A stretch of 39,689 nucleotides of DNA. Origin: Octopus bimaculoides. Lineage: Eukaryota. This document shows, piece by piece, positions 12,521-24,319 of this stretch (the stretch's first letter is position 1; the number at the start of each line of letters is the position of its first letter). Location of the stretch: positions 108,806,449 to 108,846,137 of the forward strand of contig NC_068987.1 in assembly GCF_001194135.2 (NCBI RefSeq). The letters are read 5' to 3'. The position numbers were made by a program, and so were the translations under genes. Below the pieces are notes generated by a model. It was not told where the DNA came from. It was given only the letters and a program-made list of their open reading frames with translations, and did no database searches.

Positions 12521-12894
12521 TTGCTACAAACGTACATGTACTCATACAACTGCTGCTGCACATACTTGTATAGAAGTGTGTCTGAGTATTTGTGAGTACG
12601 TGAGTGTCTGAGTGCGCGAGTGAGTGTGTGTGTGTGTGTGTGTGTGTTTATGTGTGTGTGTTTGTGTGTGTGTGTGTGTTTGTGTGTGTGTTTGAGTGTG
12701 TGTGTTTGTGTGAACAAATAGATGTTATTAAAATTGTATATAAACATGCCTGCGCTTATTGTCATTTGAAGACACGTATATATGTGTATATACGTATGTA
12801 TATGTATATAAGTGTGTGTGTGTATGTATGTATGCGTATGTATATGTGTGCATATATCTATGTATGTTTATACATATATATATAAAAAAGAAAG

Positions 12895-12939
<45 letters not shown>

Positions 12940-13221
12940 CGAGAGAGAGAGCCAGACAGAGAGGTAGAGAGATTGATAGATAGATATGCATATATATATA
13001 TACATAGGCATACACGCACGCACACACTCACTCACACAGAGGGACAGATAGACATATGTATTTATCCATACCATTTACATGCGTGTGTGTATGGGTGTGT
13101 ATACGTACACACACACACACACACAAATATATTTAAACATATATACGCAAAGCTACATCTATATATACCTACATGTAAGTATGTATATATACAAACATTT
13201 GCGTTCGCGACTGTCTGTGTT

Positions 13222-13308
<87 letters not shown>

Positions 13309-13497
13309 ATGCGTGCGTGTGTGTGTGTGTGTGTAGTGGTTTATATATGTTTGTGAATATCTAGGTCCGAATATGCAATGTATATATGTATGTCTGGTAA
13401 GAGGTAAAAATCTAGTTGACAGTTGATTTCCAAACAGGATATGAATGCTCGTTTTTTTTATTTCTTATGATCACATGACTTCTTTCACTAAATTTAA

Positions 13498-13499
<2 letters not shown>

Positions 13500-13562
<63 letters not shown>
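13500..13562. repeat. (AGT)n microsatellite
   Basis: Direct reading. Confidence 0.95.
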
Positions 13563-13902
13563 TACAAATCATAAAATACTTTCACTGAAATCTCAAATCT
13601 GTCTCATCAAACGTACAAAAAATTATGAGTGTACTGACTTCTGTTGCTGTTTGTTTGTTTTTTTTTGTTTTTGCTTTTTTGTAGTAAAAGTTTTTGTTGT
13701 CGTCGTCGTTGTTGTTGTTGTTGTTGAAGTTGGTTTTAAAATGGAAGCCGAACATATAAAGCAAATTAAAAAAAGATGAAAGAAAAGAGTGCAAATAAAC
13801 ATGCAAAAAAATTAAATACAATCTAAAAAGATTATGATTTCAAAATATGTACAGAATAAATAATAAAACAGTAAAACAAAGACGCTAATAATAATACTAA
13901 TA

Positions 13903-13906
13903 ATGG

Positions 13907-13971
<65 letters not shown>

Positions 13972-14035
13972 GCGATGACGACGACGATGATGAAGACGAC
14001 GACGACGACGACGATGATGATGATGATGATGATGA
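13903..14035. repeat. (GAT/GAC)n microsatellite
   Basis: Direct reading; explains the poly-Met, poly-Ser and poly-Ile ORFs. Confidence 0.95.
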
Positions 14036-14074
14036 TTTCAATCTTTGGCAGAAAGCCAGCAGTTTCGGGGAAGT

Positions 14075-14210
14075 GGGGGAAAGGTAAGTCGGTTACGTTG
14101 ACCCAAGAATTCAACTGGTACTTATCGACTTCGAAAGCATGGAAGGTAAAGTCATCCTCAGCGTAAATTGAACCCCGAATTGACAGACGGACTAACGACT
14201 CTGCCAGCTA
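14075..14210 (-). mobile_element. Old, deleted SINE family A copy
   Basis: aactggtacttatcgacttcgaaagcatggaaggtaaagtc...aattgaac...taacgactctgccagct matches the family A copies. Confidence 0.7.
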
Positions 14211-14543
14211 TGTATATATGTATATATGTATGTGTATATGTATGTATGAATATGTGTATGTGTATGTGTGTATGTATATGTACGTGTGTGTGTATGTGTG
14301 TGCGTGTGAGTGTGTGTATCTTTAAATGACGTCTCAGACAAAGATTCACAAATTATATTATATTTTAGTATTTTGAATTTAAATTTATAATAATATTATT
14401 ATTGTTTAGTATTATAAATTTAAATTCATAATATTATTATTATTATTAAATATAATAATATCAATATTCATAATGTATTCGCAAAACAGTAATGAAAACA
14501 CCTGTAACATGGAATAAAAAATATACCAGACTTTATATATATC

Positions 14544-14645
<102 letters not shown>

Positions 14646-14739
14646 CATGCGTATGCGTACTAGTAGGCTTTTGACAATGTTGTCGACAGGAGAATCTTGG
14701 AATTATTAGTCATGGGTATGTCAGTACCAACAATGTTGG

Positions 14740-14955
14740 GGAGCGTGGCTTAGTGGTTAGTTTGTTGGACTCATGATTGTAATATTGTAGTTTCGATTCT
14801 TGGAGCGGGTGACGCGTTGCGTTCTAGAGCAAAACACTTCATTTCATGTATCTCTACTGCGCTCAGCTGACAAAAATGAGGTGTTCTGCGACGGACCGGC
14901 GCCGCCATGGAACCGGGAAACCGGTCCTCGAGAGTCGGTAGAATAGGTGAAGGTA
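14740..14955 (+). mobile_element. tRNA-headed SINE, family C
   Basis: Box A TGGCTTAGTGG, box B-like GTTTCGATTC, then gcgttctagagcaaaacacttcatttca. Confidence 0.75.
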
Positions 14956-15029
14956 ATTTTATCTTTTTTTTTTTTTACCTCTACCAACAATAAATAAGAG
15001 CCTTAAATATGTAATGAATAAATGGGATA

Positions 15030-15250
15030 AATTTCAGTGAAGCACAAATAAGACAAATTAGAAGTGTAATCCAAATTAATCTGTGGAACCCATTTTATGG
15101 TGATGTAAGAAGACGAAAACATCGTCAAACTTACATCGGCAAATTCATTACAGACACTGGTCTGAAATCTATCCAGGTCTTCGACGTAATGATAATGGAG
15201 CGAGAAGTGTTGCGGGAGGACTGTGTTGCTGCGGCCTGGGTTGGAACCTG
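15030..15250 (+). mobile_element. Highly degenerate RTE-like LINE 3' end
   Basis: Translation LWNPFYGDVRRRKHRQTYIGKFITDTGLK...MIMEREVLR resembles LW.P.HG.R.RGRP..TYID.L..DTGL...M..R..WR. Confidence 0.5.
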
Positions 15251-15269
15251 GCCATAATTAAAAATATAA

Positions 15270-16065
15270 AAAGCAGTGTAATAATCCAAGGAAATTCTCT
15301 ATCCCCTACTAATACTCCAATATCTTAAACTATATTGAACACGTATAAACGCTATGGTCAACAATAGACTATCTTTATATATAGATGTACGATTTAGATC
15401 ATAAACAACAAATAAAACCACTTCAGACAGTATACAAATTTACCAGACCAATTGATACAGAATTTCAGCTAGAAAATTTGCCAATGCAATCCAGTGGTTT
15501 GCAATTGGGGCCCATATGGCTCTTGGTCGTCCATATAAGATTTTGTTAAAATGTATGCACACTATAAAGATTATGCTTCTACAACGCACAAAACGTTTTG
15601 ATAATTATGTCTATACATTTTCTAATTATATCTAATTATAAAAAATATAATATGATTTTTTTAAACATCGAATGGCTAGGCGGCCACGTCCGAGTAAAAT
15701 AGGCAGCAATAGGTAAAAAAAAATGGTTGAGAAACACTAATGCAATCTCAAAGAGTTGAAACTCCAAAAAGCGGAACATTATAGTATCAGATAACGAAAC
15801 ATAAGTGAATGAGACTTAACACAGATTTATATATTCTAAGGAAATTATGAACGAAACAAAGTACAACAAAAGTCTATTAAAGAATGTTATAGAGACATTA
15901 GATAAATACTTAAAACAGAACCAATTGTAAAAGAAAACAATTAATGTTATAAATATCAGTATTCTTGCTGTGTCCAAGTAATAACTTATAATAATCTCAA
16001 ATGAACGTTAATTTAATTTATAAGAACTAGACTGGAAAGCGAAAAAATTAATGCACAGGTGTCTG
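15270..16065 (+). mobile_element. Degenerate R4/Dong-like RT fragment interrupted by a hAT MITE
   Basis: IIQGNSLSP (QGDSLSP), YLYID (YMDD region), TVYKFT..I..EF, ILKTE and ELDWKAKKLM (LDRKTRKLL) occur in the expected order. Confidence 0.65.
15492..15739. mobile_element. hAT-type MITE with an 8-bp target-site duplication
   Basis: Termini CAGTGGTTTGCAA and TTGAGAAACACTA (imperfect TIR); identical ATGCAATC at 15484-15491 and 15740-15747. Confidence 0.88.
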
Positions 16066-16528
16066 AGAATGTGCGACCGAGAGCGTCGACGTGGCAATAA
16101 ATGATGCACGCAATCATCAGGATGACGGATGATAAAAATGTACAGAGTTGTGTGGGGGAAAATGGCGTCTGTAATAGAGACATATCTATTATGGCTGAAT
16201 GTGATATGATCAAGTTCAATGAGTCTGCTAATGACGTCGACGGATCTCTCAGTGCATCAGAGAAAATATGGGATGCAGTTTTGCTGGTTTTAAACAGATG
16301 CAAGTACACGTTAAATAAAAGACACTGTATGATAGAAACATAAGCCTAAAGAAGAATTTACAGTGCTACACCCAACTTTTGTTGCATTACTAATTTGGAA
16401 GAGTACATTCTTCAGCTAGACACTTATATTTACTATTCACTGCGTCGAGCAGTTTCTTCACGATTGCGTGCGTATCTATGTGGGTGCGTGTTTATATACA
16501 TACATACATACATACATACATATATGTA

Positions 16529-16580
<52 letters not shown>

Positions 16581-17105
16581 CATAGATATATGTATATATA
16601 ATTATGTGTATTTCTTCTATCTTAATGAATAAAAATTATTCTGATAGAATAAATGGGTTAATAGAAACCAATGTAGCAAAGAACACAAAATAACTGTGGT
16701 CATAATGTCATAATGTCTTACGTTTAAGATGATTCCCATGCTTTCTCTGATGAGAAGGTTACAATTTTAATANNNNNNNNNNNNNNNNNNNNNNNNNNNN
16801 NNNNNNNNNNNNNNNNNNNNNNNNNNNNNNNNNNNNNNNNNNNNNNNNNNNNNNNNNNNNNNNNNNNNNNNNNNNNNNNNNNNNNNNNNNNNNNNNNNNN
16901 NNNNNNNNNNNNNNNNNNNNNNNNNNNNNNNNNNNNNNNNNNNNNNNNNNNNNNNNNNNNNNNNNNNNNNNNNNNNNNNNNNNNNNNNNNNNNNNNNNNN
17001 NNNNNNNNNNNNNNNNNNNNNNNNNNNNNNNNNNNNNNNNNNNNNNNNNNNNNNNNNNNNNNNNNNNNNNNNNNNNNNNNNNNNNNNNNNNNNNNNNNNN
17101 NNNNN

Positions 17106-17143
<38 letters not shown>

Positions 17144-17299
17144 TTATATACATTTATGCACACACACAGAGGTATATATATATATATATATATAATATAT
17201 GTTGTTATTATTATTATATCACATTCTATAATTATAAACATAATTATAATTAGGGGTCAGCTAATTGCTTCACCACGTACCGAATTTAGAAATAGGAGT

Positions 17300-18239
17300 T
17301 AAAAATGCCCGTTCTACTACCGTAAGAATCTCCACAACAGTAAAACACTTTATTATTAATTATTAATTTGAAATTATATATATATACAGCATTAATCGTA
17401 ACAAGCTTTTTAATAATAATTGTTCATTATAGATATTTTTTTATTAGTTTACGATTTAATAAGGATATGTTAGTGTTATCTATTTAATTACTCGTATAAG
17501 TTTAACATTAAAGCATGTAAGGATAAAGTATATTTAATACGTATGAAGCGTTTTAATTATTAACTTTCGGCTTATGAAATAGTGTAATTCACTTAGAATT
17601 AGTTATATTATTAATTATGTTCAATCGAGTTTGTTTTGTTTTTGAAAGAATAGAATATAAAAGCTTTCACTTTTATATTAATAACTATTGAAGACTGATT
17701 GGAATATTATGTGTATGTACTCCAAGTGCAAGGTTGTTATTTAGTTAGATACTTTATGAGTTAGATATAGATTTATTTATAGAATTATTAATTTACGGAT
17801 ACCGTTTTGTACATAGGGTAAATGTGGTTTCTTTGTTGAAGCTTAATTAATAATGTTAATGTTTAATCCTTCCTAGAATTAAGACTGAATGAATGTGGTG
17901 ATACGTAAGGTATGTTTGTTTCCAAACAACACTTATTTTAGTGCTGTTGACATCATCAGATTGAACGGTACTGCTCAGGTGTCGAAACGATAGTGATATC
18001 CGTGGGGTAGCTGATGATAGAGGTGTAGTAGGTTGGTATGGCTTTTATTGTATGTGCGGAATAGTTTTATAAGATGTCCATTTGATATATATATATATAT
18101 ATATAAGGTTGAGGAGGGTATTAGATTTAACCAAACCCCGGAGGATACAGGTAATACCGAGTAAGTGCTGTATACCGATTAGTTTGCCCAGTCGTTGTAT
18201 GAACAGGATTGGGTATTATAAGTCGTGTATTAGCGTGTG
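17300..18239 (-). mobile_element. Probable decayed PLE 5' region continuing from the HHR-bearing pLTR
   Basis: Contiguous on the minus strand with the HHR at 18307-18355; only weak peptide hints (EGLNI, NNLALG). Confidence 0.35.
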
Positions 18240-18306
18240 TATATGTAAATATATAAAAACAAAGATAAAGAGAGTAAAGGTAGGGTTGAAGAATTTTATG
18301 GATAGA

Positions 18307-18355
18307 GTCTTACAGCTGTTTCTGGGAAGATCCAGTACTTCCCATCATCGGGGAC
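18307..18355 (-). ncRNA. Hammerhead-like motif with CCGAUGA core (left arm)
   Basis: Minus strand GTCC-CCGATGA-TGGGAAG tactggat CTTCCCA-GAAAC AGCT GT-A-AGAC. Helix II is a perfect 7 bp; one mismatch in helix I next to the core. Confidence 0.55.
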
Positions 18356-18856
18356 AGAAAAAATAAAGTAATCTATTATTATATCCATAGGCGGATATTT
18401 TTAGTATGAAGTGGTACAGAGTGTGATGTGCTGAAAAAAGAGAGAACAGTACTTGAAGTGTAGTTTCATTCCAGTGGGAAATATCCGTGTAGAAATTCGT
18501 GCAAAGTAATCCTTGTGTGAATAATCCGGAAATTTATGTTGGAACGAGAGTTGACCAAATTACCGCTAACTTTTCACTTGACTTGGACATTCTTCAAGTA
18601 AACAAGCAAAATTCTATCGCAATATGGAATGTATATACCTCTGGTATCTATGCTATATCAACTCTCGTTCCAACATAAATTTCCGGATTATTCACACAAA
18701 GATTACTTTGCACGAATTTCTACACGGATATTTACCACTGGAATGAAACTACACTTCAAGTACTGTTCTCTCTTTTTTCAGCACATCACACTCTTTACAA
18801 CTTCATACTAAAAATATCCGCCTATGGATATAATAATAGATTACTTCATTTTTTCT

Positions 18857-18905
18857 GTCTCCGATGATGGGAAGTACTGGATCTTCTCAGAAACAGCTGT
18901 TAGAC
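18857..18905 (+). ncRNA. Hammerhead-like motif with CCGAUGA core (right arm)
   Basis: GTCT-CCGATGA-TGGGAAG tactggat CTTCTCA-GAAAC AGCT GT-T-AGAC. Helix I 4 bp, helix II 7 bp with one G-U, palindromic helix III ACAGCTGT. Confidence 0.6.
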
Positions 18906-19329
18906 GCTATCCATAAAATTCTTCAACCCTACCTTTGCTCTCTTTATCTTTGTTTTTATATATTTACATATATATATATATTTATATATATATATCATAT
19001 CATATCAAACACGAGCTCAAGTGGGTTCACTATAACAGTTTGAGAGGCGTTTTAAAGAAGTAATCGAATTCTTATGTAAGCACCACTACTGGAACCTTCC
19101 TTATGTTGGATCTGGAACATCCATGGGATCGTGAAACTGCATGCGGCGTGCATGGGTATATAATTTCATGTACATGTATATCTATACTTATGTGTATATT
19201 TGTGTGTGTACATACATGTATGTGTAAGTCTATGAATAGACACCCATATATGCATGGGCCAGTGCGGTTGTGGTTGCATATGGTTTTCGTTTCTGTCCTC
19301 TTCTATGTTCATAAATATTGGCTCACAAC

Positions 19330-19620
19330 CGAAAGAGCACGATCGTAAATACAAGTGGCCGAAACGGGAACCCGCTGAAGGATCTCGCTATTCGACAGGG
19401 TACATAGCTGGGAGATCAAAGAATTTCTTCACATCGAGCAGCAAACTCTTCGCTTCGAGAGGTTACACCTACATGTTCTGCTGACATGTGAACAGAATGT
19501 CGTGGGAAATAAAAGAATCGCAAGACGGATTTTTCAAGAGGAACTAACCGGCAGGACACCTGGCTATTGAGCAACAGCGAGTTGATTAGATAATATCCAA
19601 AGTCTCAGTTTATTCGTACT
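19330..19620 (+). mobile_element. Degenerate RTE-like LINE C-terminus
   Basis: HVNRM then KRIARRIFQEELTGRTPG...LDNI, resembling GHV.RM...R..R.....G.R..GRP..RW.DNI. Confidence 0.5.
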
Positions 19621-20686
19621 TCTTTATCCTACCGGAAAGTCTAATGATGGTTGCTTCTGATGCGACTTTATGAAGGAAGTGCCTGAGGACTCTACGTAGG
19701 AATAGAAATGACAGATAGTGAAAAGAGTGATGGTTGGGTGGATGCTTACTCGAGCAAGATTGAGTTGACCCAGAGTTAAATAGGAACAAACATTTCTGTT
19801 GCTTTATAATATTTACTTTTGTGAGCTTGTTTTTGTGAATGGGTTCGATCTCCCTGCACAGCTCATTGCTGAAGCGCTTTTCTTTTTTATCATGTTTTTC
19901 GCTTGACTAGTACGTCGGAAGTGAAAGGCGGCTGGTATTTTCAAGCAGCTTGCAATAATATACATTATGTGTGTGTATATAAACATACATATCTACATAT
20001 ATTATCACTATTTGACTATATTTCGAGCTACCGACTTTGATAACTAACTATTAATACTATCTATTATAACAACCAAACATCTAAAGGAAATCAATGTGTG
20101 TTAATATTTTTCTATTGGATTTCGTTGTTGTTATTACTTCTTTTTTTCCTCTTTGACTGTTGCATTTATGACTCATTTCGTTTTTCGTATAACTTAGGCC
20201 TCGCTGATCATATGATATGTCAAATACTTCTTGCTTGCGTATTAAATAACCAAATAAATTGCTTAAGAAATAATTTGGTCAGAAGAGCGAATATCCTATA
20301 TACATACATACATACATACATATACATGTATATATATANNNNNNNNNNNNNNNNNNNNNNNNNNNNNNNNNNNNNNNNNNNNNNNNNNNNNNNNNNNNNN
20401 NNNNNNNNNNNNNNNNNNNNNNNNNNNNNNNNNNNNNNNNNNNNNNNNNNNNNNNNNNNNNNNNNNNNNNNNNNNNNNNNNNNNNNNNNNNNNNNNNNNN
20501 NNNNNNNNNNNNNNNNNNNNNNNNNNNNNNNNNNNNTATGCATATGTATATAGACATATATATATACACACACATATATACATATATGAATAGGCTCGAA
20601 TGTACATTTAAATGAATACACATATGCGTGTGCGTGCGCAGGTATGTATGTATGTATGTATGTAGAGAGAGAGAGAGAGAGAGAGG

Positions 20687-20739
<53 letters not shown>

Positions 20740-20913
20740 GGATGGATGGATGGATGGATACATACATACATACATACATACATACATACATACATACATA
20801 CATACAGAGAAAAAGAGAGAGAAACAGACAGAGAGAGAAAGAATGAGATAGATGTATGGTATTGTATATATATAGAGATACATATAAGTTTGAAAAGCTC
20901 TACAATTGTTCGA

Positions 20914-20975
20914 CTAAAGGCGGTGCTCCAGCATGGCCGCAGTCAAATGACTGAAAGAGATAAAAGAATAACAGA
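20914..20975 (+). mobile_element. Isolated family B SINE/LINE 3' tail
   Basis: aaggcggtgctccagcatggccgcagtcaaatgactgaaagagataaaagaata. Confidence 0.8.
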
Positions 20976-21464
20976 AAATAAAAGAAAATGAAGGTCTTGC
21001 GAGGAATAATAGGCAATGCTGGTTTATAAACTGCTAGAAATAACAGCTAAAATTCCGTCAAACCACACAAGCCCTCGTCTTATATATACATAGAAGAAGG
21101 CAACTATGCTGTCGTTGCTGGTGTTTCTATTGCTAATAAAAGCATCGACTTTAATTTTAATCATAAAGCTATTGATATTATACTCTTACAGAGCTACGAG
21201 GGTAAAAATATATTGGTGGAGGCGTTATCGATTAGATGGAACCCAGCAGTTGACTGCTATTAATTCGAACACCCGAGTCTTCAAAGTGGATCGATGGAGA
21301 GAAGCAGCTATTAATAGATCGATCGATTTATGTATGTATTTATCAATCTATCGTTATATCTATTAATCTATAAATTGATCTTTCTACCCACTTATTTATC
21401 TATCTATTTATCTATTTCGTGACTTATCTGTATAAATGTATGTGTCTATATACTCTTTACTCTT

Positions 21465-21644
21465 TTAGTTGTTTCAGTCATTTGACTGTGACCATGCTGG
21501 AGCATCGCCTTCTTTGTAAGCCAAGTACTTATTCTATCGGTCTCTTTTGCCCCCGGAAGGATGAACCGCTAAGTTATGGAAACATAAACACACCAGCATC
21601 GGTTCTTGAGGGACAAACACAGACACACAAACACATACACAAAC

Positions 21645-21685
<41 letters not shown>

Positions 21686-21846
21686 CGACGGGCTTCTTTC
21701 AGTTTCCGTCTACAAGATCCACTCACAAGGCTTGGTCGGCCCGAGGCTACAGCAGAAGACACCTGGCCAAGGTGCCACGCAGTGGGACTGAACCCAGAAC
21801 CATGTGGTTCGTAAGCAAGTTACTTACCACTCAGCCACTCCTGCGC
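21465..21846 (-). mobile_element. SINE family B, near full length
   Basis: The minus strand starts gcgcaggagtggctgagtggtaagtaacttgcttacgaaccacatggttctgggttcagtccc (box A/B) and ends cagtcaaatgactgaaacaactaaaagagtaaagagta. Confidence 0.92.
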
Positions 21847-21989
21847 AAATGTGAATAAATAAGCGTTATATTTCACATAATAATCTGAATGCTAAAGAGT
21901 TAAAATCTGAAAAAATATGTATAAATATATTTAAAGAACGTAGTTGTATAAAGCTGAAATAATGCGAGGAGGTAAAAAGTAAACTACAT

Positions 21990-22282
21990 ATTGAAAAGGA
22001 AACAGAACAAAGTTGCAGTTTTACCTTGTATTTCTATATTTCGGGTTGAAGACCCCTTCTTCAGAAAAGATCCCTTCTTCGAAAAAGCAGTGGTTGGAAA
22101 AAGTTTGTTGCTGAGAAGTGTATGGTGATGGAACAAGAGAGAAAGGTGGGAGGTGACATGCGCGGACGACTCTTACTATAGCAACCAATCTGCCTGGTGT
22201 AGTTCCTTCCTGCTGTTAATGGCTGGTTTCAGTTTGTTTATAAGGAGGGCTTCCATAATTCTGAGATCACCCCTCAGTCTAT
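21990..22282 (-). mobile_element. PLE 3' fragment: GIY-YIG C-terminus, 3' UTR and HHR
   Basis: Minus-strand RLRGDLRIMEALLINKLKPAINSRKELHQADWLL* matches the PLE end motif L.I.EAL.I..LKP.IN; an HHR follows about 110 nt after the stop. Confidence 0.8.
22031..22068 (-). ncRNA. Minimal type I hammerhead ribozyme (PLE type)
   Basis: TTTT-CTGAAGA-A-GGG gtcttcaa CCC-GAAA TAT-A-GAAA. Palindromic ATAT helix III, AUA triplet, weak helix I. Confidence 0.6.
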
Positions 22283-22289
22283 ATTAATA

Positions 22290-22470
22290 TATTCAATCCA
22301 AACATAGACAAGCAAGAAAAGATGCGGAAAAACAACAACAGGAGGACGTGGAATAAGTACAGTGTTATTAGACGATCAGGAAAGGAAAGAAAAGAAAGAG
22401 GATTTCACGTTTCGAGCGGAGCTCTTCATCAGAAATATAGAAAAAGTCGATAGAATGGAAGACGGAGAAA
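22290..22470 (-). mobile_element. Second PLE pLTR fragment from a different family
   Basis: Contains an HHR core followed on the minus strand by the pyrimidine-rich cctctttcttttctttcctttcctgatcgtctaataacact tail. Confidence 0.7.
22402..22436 (-). ncRNA. Minimal hammerhead motif, probably inactivated (G at cleavage position 17)
   Basis: ATTT-CTGATGA-A-GAGC tcc GCTC-GAAA CGT-G-AAAT. The NUH rule is violated (GUG at 22406). Confidence 0.65.
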
Positions 22471-22475
22471 TGTAT

Positions 22476-22518
<43 letters not shown>

Positions 22519-22599
22519 TTGTGTGTGTGTGTAAATGAATATAAATATGCACAGTTGCATTATATGTATGAATAGATATATGTTTCTCATTTATCGTTT

Positions 22600-23165
22600 A
22601 CTAGTCTCAGTTCTTAGACTGCGGTCATGCTGGGGCACCAACATCAAGACGGTTAACCGAAATAAAATAGTACGTATTTCATTTAAACTTGTTACTTCTG
22701 TTGTCAGTCACTTTTGTCGAGCCGCTAAGTTATGGAGATAAACATAGACACAAAGACACACGCACTCAATGCATACATATATACATATGTACAGCGGGCT
22801 TCTTTTAGTTTCCGTCGACAAAATCCACTCACAGGGCATTAGTCGGCCTAAGGTTAAAAGGTGTGCTGAAAAGTTCCTGGCTTTAATAATATCGCGAAAG
22901 GCCTGGCTAGAGGCCCGACATTCCGAGCTCTTTTACAGAGCTTAAAAAAATTGAAGGACCTCTGCAATAACTGTGTGAATCTTAGAGGCGAATATGCAGA
23001 ATAAAATTATGATTAACTGATCCTCCTGTATTTTCTTTAACCCAAAGCAAGGAACTTTTTTTCACCAACCCTTCGTATAATAGAAGACACTTTCTCAAGG
23101 TGCAAATTTGAGAGACTTAAACCCGGAACCATGAGCTTGGGAAGCAAAACTTTTTACCACATCGC
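22600..23165 (-). mobile_element. SINE family B interrupted by a mariner MITE
   Basis: Family B body resumes after the MITE at taatagaagacactttctcaaggtg...aaacccggaaccatg. Confidence 0.85.
22857..23075 (+). mobile_element. Mariner-derived MITE inserted at TA
   Basis: Termini aaaggtgtgctgaaaagttcctggcttt and aaagcaaggaacttttttcaccaacccttcg, flanked by TA (22855-56, 23076-77). It encodes the transposase end LKKLKDLCNNCVNLRGEYAE*. Confidence 0.85.
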
Positions 23166-23769
23166 TACATTTATATATATTATATAAAAGACAGCTATAT
23201 ATATTATACAAAAGTATGAAATTAATCATCGCTATATTAGCTCCTGTAGTGTAGGTAAAGCACAACAGAAATTAACATATAATCGTGAATTCTTCACACT
23301 GCATCAACACAGAGCAAAAGCAGAAATGATTTTGCTTCTTGACACAATCAATGAATTATGGCGCTACATTCATTACGCGTGTTAATAAAGTAAACTTAAA
23401 AGACAACGAAAATTTGTCTAACATGAAAATAATTGCCTTTTACTCCAGTAAATGAATTATACAATGAATCCTTTGAACTATATTAACATTTTTGTATTGA
23501 AAAAGGAAAATGTACTTTTTATTCAATAAGTAATTCAATAATAAGCATTTTGATTTTTCTGAGTAGACATACCTAAATTTTTCTAATCAAATGCATAATC
23601 TCTCACACATACGCACACACACACACACACACACATACGCACGCACACTCCCACGCAAACACACACACATATATATGTGTATGCATACATATGTGTATGT
23701 GTGTATATGAATGTATGTGTGTATATGCGGGCGATACAAATAGATAAATAAATAGATAGATTCTTCAAT

Positions 23770-23991
23770 TCGTTTATTTGTTTCAGTCATTTGACTGCGA
23801 CCATGCTGGGGCACCGACTTTAGTGGAACATATCGGCCCCAAAACTTATTCTTTGTAAGGCTAATATTTATTGCATCGATTTCTTTTGCCGAACCGCTAG
23901 GTTACAGGGATATAAATACACCAACATCGCTTGTCAAGCAATGGTGGAGGAAGAAACACAGAGACACAAACATATATGCATTTATATATAT

Positions 23992-24022
<31 letters not shown>

Positions 24023-24179
24023 CGACGAGCTTCTTCCAATTTCCGTCTACCAAATCCACTCGCATGACTTTGGTCGACCCGAACCTATGGTAGAAGAGAC
24101 TTACTCAAGATCCCACGCAGAGGGACGGAAACCGGCGACTTTTTAGTTGATAAGCAAGCTACTTACCACACAGCCACTC
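23770..24179 (-). mobile_element. SINE family B, near full length
   Basis: gtttcagtcatttgactgcgaccatgctggggcaccgac ... aagcaagctacttaccacacagccactc. Confidence 0.9.
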
Positions 24180-24319
24180 ATGAGATGTCGTCCCATATGG
24201 ACGTATGGTGCTAAAAGCGCAGACCTATATCATAGCAAGCGTACCTCTCAGTCAAGACAAATACTGCAGTATTTGGTGTTCTAGTATTACATTCACGTTT
24301 AGTAAGGTGCAATGATTTC

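Larger units (their letters stand above)
18240..18970. mobile_element. ~314-bp inverted repeat pair (18240-18553 / 18658-18970, ~105-bp spacer): PLE 3' end/pLTR in inverted arrangement
   Basis: About 10 mismatches between arms by eye. The arm encodes LYNFILKISAYGYNNR (cf. GIY-YIG C-terminal W/FI..L....P.GYN) directly followed by an HHR-like motif. Confidence 0.85.

Noticed and set aside
12319-12765. Minus-strand ORF with a GPCR TM7-like end (LYQVTN...SSKFRSAIF)
   Set aside because: It is the antisense reading of the RTE fragment at 12030-12520, fused to a (CA)n microsatellite.
17915-18000. CTGATGA (minus) and GAAAC motifs
   Set aside because: The helices cannot be closed in either orientation.
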